Below are positions 36,700 through 47,018 of a DNA stretch of 64,000 bases, piece after piece. Below the pieces are notes generated by a model. That model worked only from the letters and a program-made list of their open reading frames with translations. It did no database searches and was not told where the DNA came from. The DNA is from Paragordius varius (Eukaryota; Animalia; Nematomorpha): assembly GCA_964247055.1 (NCBI GenBank), contig OZ176053.1, positions 6,634,001-6,698,000 on the forward strand, read 5' to 3'. The first letter of the stretch is position 1. Every line of letters starts with the position of its first letter. Made by a program: the position numbers and the translations under genes.

Positions 36700-38908
36700 T
36701 TTTTAATGCTTTCAATTTGTTTTTCAATGCAGCAAAAGTTTTTTATTTACCTTTTGTGCAAAGCAGCAATCGAATCTCAGAAATGTATAGTGATGATAAT
36801 TACTATTTTATCATCGCTCTCATACTAATGAAAACAAGGTTAATATAAAACATATATCCAACAATATAATCCACCACATTGTCTTCATATATTAAATATT
36901 AATACTCCTCCTCCGCAAAAAATATTTTAAATTAAAAATTTGTAATATAATTACATCATATATATTGGATTTAACAGTGTTTATTAGTCTTTAATATAAT
37001 TATTAAAACATAACAATATTCGTGTAATGTATGTGTGCAAAGCAATTTACACAATTAAACCTGTATTTTAATTTATTATATAAATTTTTTAAGCTTTGGT
37101 TGTATATGTATTATAAACGACAGTCGCTTTTTAACGGAATAAACGGCTACAATTATCGATATCTGGGTATAGGATTAACCCGTGTAATGATTTTTATAAC
37201 CGCCATATTTGTTAGTCATATTTTTACAAACTAAAATATTTATATTATCATATAGAATATTCCTCTTTTTTTATGATTTTTTGTTCGAAATTTTTGTTTT
37301 GCAAATAATCTTGTCAAGCTTGGACTTCCTGTTAAAATCGCTCTCGGTAGTTTTAAATTAGTTCTCAATACTTTTGTTTTAAAATTGTGATTATCTCAAA
37401 AACATCCTAGTTAATATATATTACCTGAATCCCGAACTTTTTTCGATCCTTGTTTACATTTCATTTTTTATATTCAGTTCCGAGTATCGTTTGCGTTAAA
37501 ATCGTTATAAAGTTCCAGTTATAATTTTAAATATTTGCCAACAATAAAATATTATAGCCAAATACCACTTATCACGAAAAACACAAAAAATTATATATAG
37601 AGGTTATTGTAACGAAAATTTATAAGAAAATATAATTAAAACATAGTTTGTGAAAGCGACACCAAAAAAACTTAAAAGGCCGAAAAAGTATTTTTTTTGT
37701 CTCATAGAGGTTTGAATGTTTAAGTAATATTAGTTAAAATTATGAAAGTAATACCGATAAAATTTACATACTATTTGACATTGATATTTAACTCGAAATA
37801 ATTATATCATAATAAATAATATAGTGCTAAAATCACTCTTAGGACAGCAAACGATTCGTGGGCCGCGGTTTTAAATTATTCGTTGTTCATAGGTCGAGTT
37901 ATTACAAAATAATCTAATTATTAGTAGGCTTTCTGATATATTATATTGATGATCGCGCGCTGATAAAAAAAGTCAACCACATTAAAAGGACCCCATTGAA
38001 AGTTTTTTTCGGTTTAATATGTTTATCATACATGACTGTTTTTGAAAAAAATCAAATATTTGGTAAACAATGAATTAATTTGGTATATGTTGTTGGAATA
38101 TTGGTGACAAACAAAAGTTGAATTACGAAAAACTTTTATAAAATTACTAGCGTCATTATTTTTAAAATTGTATGTCAGGTGCAAATATTCATTCCTCAAT
38201 TAGGTTAATGATTCCCAAAAATACAAAAGTTATATTTGAAAAAAAATTACACCCATAAAAACAGTTTGACCCATTCTTTAGCATTATAAGCTGATATTTC
38301 TCCTTCCTGGATGTTATATTATCCTTAAACTTTAGTTTAATATTTATAGGTGATTAAAACTGAACTGTGTTAAAGGAATTGGAATAGCTATCTTTCGAAA
38401 GTAGGAAACTTAATTGTTTTCATAATCAATATGGTATAAACCTAATTTTCAATATTATTCTATGGCTAAAAATAAAATTTGGTATATTGTTGATTTTTCG
38501 CAAATAAGTAAAAACCGAATTTTGGGTTGTTTACTCAGAACCGTTATAAATATTTTGTTTCTGTAAATTCGAAAAAATAGAAATTTATTTGATAGATAAC
38601 CCATAAGATCGAAACCCAATCGAAACATAAACCATTTGATTAAGAAGCCTTTTTATAAAAATATTTGGAACCGTATCCAGAGAAAAAAATAATGGAACAG
38701 GAAAAATTAAAATAGTTTTATCACTATCATTATCTATCCTGGTATACATGCGCGCAGTAAGATGAATTTGTAAGAAAACGCAAAAAATATTTAAAATCTA
38801 TTTTTATATCTTATAATTTAGTTAATGAAAAACAACAAAGCATTATTATGCAAAGAAGGCCGTAGGATAAAATAAACACACATCTGGTTATTTGACTAAT
38901 TCAAAAAA

Positions 38909-40217
38909 ATGGACGGTGATACTATAACCTATTATTATTGGCCGCAATGTTACTTCTGCCAACGAGTATATGTTTAATAATTTAAAGGTAACTATCGCTT
39001 TAAACGAAAAAAATATACCACATAATGAGAAAGTTATTAGATTGTTAAAATTTGAAAATTTTGAACCAGAATTCATCAAAAAGAATCCTCTTTGTTTGGT
39101 CCCGGTGATTGAGGATCATGGTAATTTGATAAACGAATCTGATCGTATTATTGACTATCTTGAAAATAAGTTTCCCGAAAGTAAATTTAATAAAAATATG
39201 TACAGCTGTACATTTATACCCGGATAAATCTCAGACAGTTGAAAGAGAATCGATTGAAAAATTCAAGGAATTAATATCTAATGCACCTTTATCAGCGATA
39301 CATTTTGGTTGTCAATTGGATCCAGAATTTAGGAAGCATGTTAAGATGGATACCGAAATGATAAATGAATATATTAGTAAAAATTTATGCATATCTCTAA
39401 TTAGCTGTTTTTTTGTCAAATATTTTATAATTTCAACCTAAAAAATTATGCTGCTTATTACAAATTATTTTTTAACTTAGATATTGTGAGGAATAAAGTA
39501 AGTCACTTGAAGGATATGAAAAAATTGTATCCACAATTTGCTGAGATATATGACAAGAAAATCAAAATATCACAAAACATGAATATTGATAAGTACGCTT
39601 TTGAAATAGATGAGAGTATTGAAAATATGAAAAAAACGCTATTGGTCATCGAAAAACAATTGGCGAAAATGGACTCTGGTATGTTAGCTAATTTTTTTTA
39701 TAATCGAACACATTTTATAATACAGAACTAATATAGACAGTAAAGATAATACATCATTTTTTATATGAAGAACCATATTTTTAGACCCTTTTTAAATATT
39801 TTATTATATTAGGGTATTAAATATATAAAATAGATGGTAAAACAGACATCTCCATCACTATTTTTTATTTCAATCATACTTTTATAGGTCATTTAGAAAA
39901 AAATGGTATCTTTATAAACAATGTTTGTAATTTACCATTTATTCCATAAAGTTTTTTGTTAATGCATAATAGAGGGTAAAAAATGGCTGTGCACATCCAA
40001 TTTCTCGGTCGCTGATGTCTATCTCATACCCTTGTTGCATCGTTTGGATATTATGGGCATTGCAAATGAGTTGTGGGGACCTATGGATAAAAATCCACAG
40101 ATGCCTCACATTGCAAAATATTTCAAGGAAGTTATGAAGCGACCAGCAGTTATCAAAATGATACCGCAATATAAGTATGCCATATTACATAAATTAACTG
40201 TTGCTTTTATAAACTAA
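38909..40217 (+). CDS. GDAP1: GDAP1-like glutathione S-transferase family protein; exons 38909-38965, 38988-39180, 39206-39376, 39481-39678, 39973-40217 (3' end uncertain)
   Basis: MDGDTITYYYWPQCYFCQR|VTIALNEK...PEFIKKNPLCLVPVIEDHGNLINESDRIIDYLENKFPE|TVHLYPD...ISNAPLSAIHFGCQLDPE (GDAP1-type long alpha4-5 loop)...|EGKKWLCTSNFSVADVYLIPLLHRLDIMG...YFKEVMKRP. Confidence 0.88.
38966..38987 (+). other. 22-nt spliceosomal intron in GDAP1-like gene
   Basis: gtatatgtttaataatttaaag. Retention gives GTA TAT GTT TAA; removal joins CQR|VTIA (phase 0). Confidence 0.88.
39181..39205 (+). other. 25-nt spliceosomal intron in GDAP1-like gene
   Basis: gtaaatttaataaaaatatgtacag. Retention ends at TAA 39225-27; removal joins KFPE|TVHLYPD (phase 1). 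Confidence 0.88.
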
Positions 40218-40790
40218 ACTTTAGTTAAAGAAATAAATTTACAAAAAGTTTAAAATGAATAAGCATAAATTGTGTGAAGTTAAGCAGTGTTCAAAGATTT
40301 TTTTGATGAAGACTCGCTGTTTAATAAGAAATATCAAACCATAAAAACATTTTTAATTCATATAATTATATGGTCTCTAAACGTAAAGGAAATGGAACAT
40401 GAATTCCATATTTTAAAGTCTAACTGGCTGTATAGAAATACAACTATCTTTTAATATGGTTAACTTTTACTTTTTCAATTGTTGTTATATAGATATTTTA
40501 CGCTTTTTTAAACCTGAATATATTTTATATCTCCTTTTGTAGAATGGGCGTCCTTGGTACCGATTAGTTATTATTGTTTCACCAAAAATTGCAATCCACA
40601 CTTTCTGTTTAGTCAACTTTTTATTTTAAATGTGATAAATTTATTTGCATTTATTGCTCAAGGCGGCATTTATGTTTTATTTTATTAGCATATTTAATTT
40701 AATATATCCTTAATAAAATTTAATAAATTAATACAACGTTGGTATGTATTTTATCTTTAGCTTTCGTTTGATAATCCTCACTCTATATGA

Positions 40791-43515
40791 CAGGGGTGGC
40801 CACACTTTTTTTGTCGCGAGCTTTTTTTTGGCTTTTTTGTTAAAAAAAGAGTTCGCGGTCACCCAGAAATATTTATCAAAAAAACTCAATCAACACTTTA
40901 AATGATGTATATACCTGCTTATTAGAGTGACTTGTTTAAACCATTTTAAAATTGTAATTTTTTTATCTAACCAAATACAAAAATAATTTTAATTAAAAGA
41001 CAACGGGTTATTAACTACCTTAATTTTTTAACCAACATAAAACACTTCAAAATATTTATTTACTAAATTTCTATTATATGAAATTTTACAATATAAAAAT
41101 TTAAACAATGCATTTGAAATTACAGGGGAGAATACATTATGATACAAAAAATAAAAGAAATAAAAAAATAGCATTCCAATTTAGAACCATAATTTGAACA
41201 TAAATAAGAGTACATTAAAATTGTATCAGTTTTAATTCTATCCACATATTTTTTAGTAAATCGGCTTTTTCCTAAGCGAAAATACAACTCGATAAACATC
41301 CATATTTAATAAAGAAAAAATATTTAAAACGCCCGACTGCGAAAAAATTCAGAAAGTTTATCTAAATTAGGTTCAAATGAAGTCAAAGCAATTCTCAAAC
41401 ATGATTCTAAATGTTTATTAGTTAATTGTGACCTCTGTTTAGTTTTGATAGCATTCATAATTGAAAAAGCTGATTCACATAAATATGTGGATCCAAAAAA
41501 AGAATTGAATAATGCAGCGGTTTTCCAAATATGGGGGTATTTATCTTTATTTATAAATTTATATATATCTGATCCTAATGATTTTAGATGGATATCGCAT
41601 TTAACATTTTAATTCCTCTTCCAACTCTGCTAAATTTGGTACACCAAGAAAGTGGCTGAGTTTTTGAGCAATATATTCAACATTATATTATTATTAAATG
41701 GGCATGATAAAAAAATAGCGATGTCTTCAAGTTTATTTATAGATGAAAATCGTTTTTCAAAATCATTAATAAGCAGACCAATATCATCTGCATATTTTTC
41801 AAAAGAGAGATTCTCTATTTTTTCAGACACCGCTGCCAGATTAAAAAAATGTTTTAAATCTCGGTTTTTTAATTGTGTTTCTACTACTGTTAGTGTTTCC
41901 TTAAAAGATTTTAAAGCACCCATCATATCCATTATTGTTTTATCTTTTCCTTGTAATTGTATGTTTAATTTATGCAATTTTTCCGTGATATCGCATAAAA
42001 ATGCAAGATCAAGCAGCCAATCTTGATCTTTCAATTCAGGGTATGAAAATTTAGAATTCTCTAAAAAAATTTCTATTTGTGGTAAAAGTTGCCTAAATCT
42101 AATTAAAAATGCGGCACGACTCAACCACCTTACATCAGTATGTAATAAAAGTTCTCCATATTCCACGCCGCACTCATTTAACAAAATTCGAAATTGGCGG
42201 CGTGACAAGCTTTTGGTTCGAATGGCGTTAACAATTTTAAAACAGGGGTTCATTACATGATGGTATTTTAAAACTTTTGAACATAAAACTTGATTATGGA
42301 TTATACAATGGTAATCAATGAACTTGGGAAATGCACTTTGATTTTTACATAAAGCGATAAAGCCGTTGTTAACGCCAATCATAGCTGGAGCTCCATCAGT
42401 AGTTATAGATGTGAGTTTTACGATGGGAAGTTTCGTATCTGTGATAAATTTTATAAAAAGAATCAAAAATATCCTGCCCTCTGGTTCGTTAGTGGAGAGG
42501 TATTATAGTTAATAATTCCTCCTTTGCAGATAACTAAATATCAGAATATAAAAATGCATAATTGGGCGATTCCAACATAATCGGTGGACTCATCGAGTTG
42601 CAAGGAAAAAAAATACAGTTATTAATATTTTCATGTAAAATTTCATCAAGATTATTACTAATATCTTCAGCCCTGCGCATAACGGTATTTCTCGATAAGC
42701 TTATGCTTTTAATAGCTGTCATAATATTATTTTTGTTATCAAAATTTTCAAATAAAATATCACAAGCGCTAATAAAGGCTTCTTTAAATATTTCACCATC
42801 TTGGAATGGCTTATTGTTCCGAATGAGTATTTCCGCTACCTTGAATGAAGCAATCGTAGCATTTTTATAGTCTTTGTTGTATTTAAGTATGCTATTTTGT
42901 GAGGCGGATAATTATTCTTTTAATTCCTTTACTTTAATGTTGCGTTCTTGAGTTTGTAAGGGGTAGTTTTTGGAGTAATGTGGATGCAGAGATCTATAAT
43001 GTCTTTCAATATTTGACTTTTTGGGCAAAGCAACAGTACTATTGCATATTAGACAGGTGCATGTTTCATTTATCCTAATAAAAAAGTATTCATGCTCCCA
43101 ATCTTTCTTGTATCTGTACAACTTTTTTTGGCTCATTCTAAAATATAAGTTTTAAAAACCTACTTTTGGTGTATCAAATCAAATCTAACTTCACGATTAT
43201 GCTTCTGATTTATGAATAAGCTTTGCTCAAAGTTTTGATATATTCAAGGGAAATGACTGATTTTAAGTTTTAATGCAAATGCTCCAAAATATATGAATTA
43301 AAATTAATAAAATAATTTTTTTACACCCTTTTCTTAGACGTTTTTTTTTAATTTAAACCGTATTTTTTTGTATTTTAAATTTAAATTCGCTCAGAAGTAG
43401 CCAACTATCCGAAAAAAATCAATAAAATTTTTTTAAAAAAAATATTTTCAGGCGGTCACTTTTTGAGTTGTCGCGGTCACGAAAGTGACCGCGGTCACCT
43501 CGTTGGCCACCCCTG
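40791..43515 (-). mobile_element. Full-length degenerate hAT DNA transposon (Charlie/SPIN, GTF2IRD2-like transposase), 2725 bp
   Basis: 12-bp perfect TIR CAGGGGTGGCCA / TGGCCACCCCTG; 8-bp TSD ctatatga / ctatatgt (7/8 match). Confidence 0.93.
41324..43136 (-). pseudogene. hAT transposase pseudogene
   Basis: BED-like CLIC...RHYRSLH, in-frame TAA at 42912-14, NKPFQDGE, SLSRNTV, frameshift to LQLDESTD, ITTDGAPAM, HCIIH, VRWLS, GSTYLCESAFS. Several stops and frameshifts. Confidence 0.92.
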
Positions 43516-44099
43516 CTATATGTGATTGATGCTTATAAATCCTATTTCTAAAACATTTGTTAAATACGCTCAAATATTTAAATTAGCTACTTTAAGCAAA
43601 TAAATTTTGCAGATTCGTGTCTCTTCTTTTAATAATTGAAACAATGTAGGTTGAAATAGAGATCGCTTTGCAAAAAAATGACTTTCTCAAATCAGAAAAG
43701 TTAATGTAATTTAATATACCAGTTTCTGCAGTGAAAATTTAAATAAAATAAAGGCATTATTATATGATGGCTGTTATATATTATATATGTATGTGCGTAA
43801 AACTAAAAATAAATTATCTGGTAAGTAGTCATCACCCCAACGCTTAAATTAAATGTTTTAATCGCCCTAACTTTCTGTAATATATTTTTTAAAATTATTG
43901 GCAAAATATTACTTTTTTAAAATGTTTTGTATTTGAATGGCGTTGAGCTTTTTTTAGGATTTAAATTATAATACATTAATTTTTTCTTAATTATAGATTT
44001 TATTTTATTGCATTTTTAACTGCTTATAAAGTTATTTTTTCACTTTCTCCATACCTAAAAAACTGGTTAATCTAATTTTTATCATTTGTTACAGTAGAT

Positions 44100-44340
44100 T
44101 TTAACAAATAATTTACAGAAGATTCCAATTTTTCTTTTTTTGTGCAGAATATTTGTCCATTTAGCACTACTAACCTTTTGGGGTGTTTTATATTCCAAAG
44201 CGATTTAAAATTTGAGCATCTTGAAAATATTTAAGGTATTGGCCGAATCTTTAATTAGCTTTTAAGGCGCATGATTAACTTAATTGCCGCCTTTTTTCTC
44301 TAAATTTTTGTAAATCGCTAATATATAGGCAAATAAATGT
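44100..44340. repeat. Dispersed repeat, inverted relative to a copy at about 62880-63130
   Basis: The reverse complement of 44190-44260 (aataccttaaatattttcaagatgctcaaattttaaatcgctttggaatat) matches aataccttaaattttaagatgatcaaatttcaaatcgctctggaatat at about 63030-63080. Confidence 0.65.
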
Positions 44341-45425
44341 ATATTTTGGGTAAAAATGTATATAATCAACTTAACCTTTAAGGTTGACAATGACAATAGC
44401 ACGGGGTACACCCCTTCGTACAATTGGTGAACCAATTGTCAGAGTATCGTGAGCTATATGTTGATAAGAGATAAGTTTTAATAAGATAGTAAACGTTAAC
44501 AAAAAAAACAATAATTTTACCGAGCAAACGATAGCCCAAAATTATAATAATGGTTAAAAAATTAAAATAAATAATTTATTATAAGAACGGCTTATCTTTG
44601 GTTTTCCTGTGGCATAGGTACTGTTCCCCTAAACAAATGAAGTTTTACGGGAGACCCAACTTTTATTATAAAAGGATTCATTTCCGAGTTCCCGTACAAC
44701 TTCATCACGGTAATAAGTCTCTTTAGATGGCACTCTTTACAAATGGAGAGTCATCGATATTCCTAAAGTATAAACTAAAAAATGTATTTGATCTTTGGTG
44801 TGTTCTTCTCATATATAAAAGGCAGACGATTTTGACCGATCGCCTAACATTTAAGCATACAATAATTTGATATATATTGATTTAAAATCAGCAGTTTTTT
44901 CAATCGTATTTTGAAGTTGTCCCACTTTTTAAAATAAGCTTTTTTATAATACAGAATGTTTAATAATTAAATTTTAATTAAAATAAATTATAAAACAGCA
45001 GTTTATTTACAAATTTAGGCTTTATATAGAAAGCTACCATAATATGTCTTCGTACATGGACTATTAAATGTTAACACTAACATTTACAAGGAACGACTAT
45101 ATAGCAATTGTGAAGCATAATTTCATTATTAAAAACTACCTAAAATTTAATATACGCCATAAATTTATCATATTTCTTGTTGATCTTACTTTACTATTGC
45201 CAACTAAATAATAAAATAACGTTAAAAATTTGAAAGATATATGCAAGTCGAAGTAAAATTGTTTTTTTATCAGTTTACATAAGCCTCGGCATTAAATTGG
45301 GGAATAACTCTGCTTATTAATTTTTGATTATTCTCATAATTATTTACTCAATTAGTGGTAAATATAATAAAACATTTTTAAAAATTTATTTATTACCATC
45401 CTTAACCCATATGTTTTTTGGATAA

Positions 45426-46538
45426 CACTGGACAACAAATTTTTCTGCCACTCGAGTTTTTTGCATTTTCTGATATTTAGTATCATTTTAACAATAAATC
45501 TGAAATAAAAATTATAACTTGATGGAAGAATTTTGTATAATTTGATTTTTTTGATTATGCGCCTTCTTTATCAAAATTTTACTAAAAAATGTTTTTCTCT
45601 GAAAATATACAAGGAATGCCCATTTGTAATATATCATTCAAAAGAGAAAAACTCTATAAAATGCATACTAATATGTATTACATCGACAGTTAATACGGGA
45701 TACAAAAAGCGACAAACGCGCGAAGCGAGAGCATTTTTTTTAATAATTATTATATTTTTATAACTAATATTGAAAATAGCTTAAACTTTGTTTAGACAGT
45801 GATGAATGTGTAAAAAAGATAACACAAGAAAGTTTTTTTGATTACATTTTTTTATTGCTTTTATGTTACTCAAAACAGCCATGTTTAAGTTTTTTGTTTT
45901 TTAAAAATTACCATCGCATTAATATTAATTTATTTTCTTTACGAGGCTGATAATTTCAAAATTTTAAAGATAAAAACAAAGTTTAAGGTATTTTTGATCT
46001 TTTATAGCCATTATGTAATAAAATTTACAGTTATAACTATGAATTTTAGTATCCACTAGGTAAAATATTTATGATAATAATAATTTTTATTAAAAAAGCA
46101 AACCAAAAGCTTTTTCAAACATTTTTTTTAAATTAAAACTAATATAACCCTAATAATTATATTAAAATAATTTATATGATTTTCAAATTAGTTTGTCTGT
46201 GAATCTTGACTTATGTAAGGATTGAAAATTTCGACCATTTAAATCCAACTTTTACATCCGATTGATTTAAAAGACTTACTACCATTTAAAAGTTGCAGTT
46301 TTTTGCGCTCTTTCGAATGATATAAAATACATGACTTCATATCTTAAACTTTTAATTTTCGAAATTTCGAGTTTAATGTTAAATCGGATCCAAAAATTAT
46401 CGATAAACTCTAATATAAAAAAATTCTTGCATGCTTATACCAATTTTCTTTTCAGATATACTAATTATGTACTTTAATGATATAAATTTTATATTTACAA
46501 GAATGGCAGTTAAAAAAGTTAAAATTTGTTGTCCAGTG
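45426..46538. mobile_element. Tc1/mariner/pogo-type MITE, about 1.1 kb
   Basis: 18-bp TIR cactggacaacaaatttt / aaaatttgttgtccagtg followed by TA on the right (left flank reads aa). No coding capacity seen. Confidence 0.8.
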
Positions 46539-47018
46539 TAATCAATGTATGAAACATGATTATTTGTTTAAGCTATATTGATAAAACATTCAAACGGGGA
46601 ACTCTAAATCTATATATATTTATATATATTTGATATGGGATAATAAAAATGTAGATAAAGTGCGCAACCAAAACCGATAACGTAAATCAAGTTCATTAAC
46701 CTTAACATATAAATATCGGTTTCTCAAAACTCGGTAAAAGCAAAACAATCAACTCAACTTTATTATGATTTTTTTATGTATAAAAATTTTTTTTAAGGTA
46801 TATACGTGCGTATGTTTAGATTCATAGTGTAAAAATGTTAAAATATCAAAATAATATCGGTTTAAGTTCAGACATCCAATATCGTCAAAAACATTTTTTT
46901 GTTAGCCCATACCTAATATCGATTTACGAAAAAAACAATTATTACGCGTTAAATGGGTATTCAATCATATATAAGTTTAAAAATATTTTTAAATTTTAAA
47001 AATAATTTTTTTAATTCC

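Noticed and set aside
41652-42870. Plus-strand ORFs 41652-42026 and 42562-42870
   Set aside because: Antisense shadows of the hAT transposase pseudogene.
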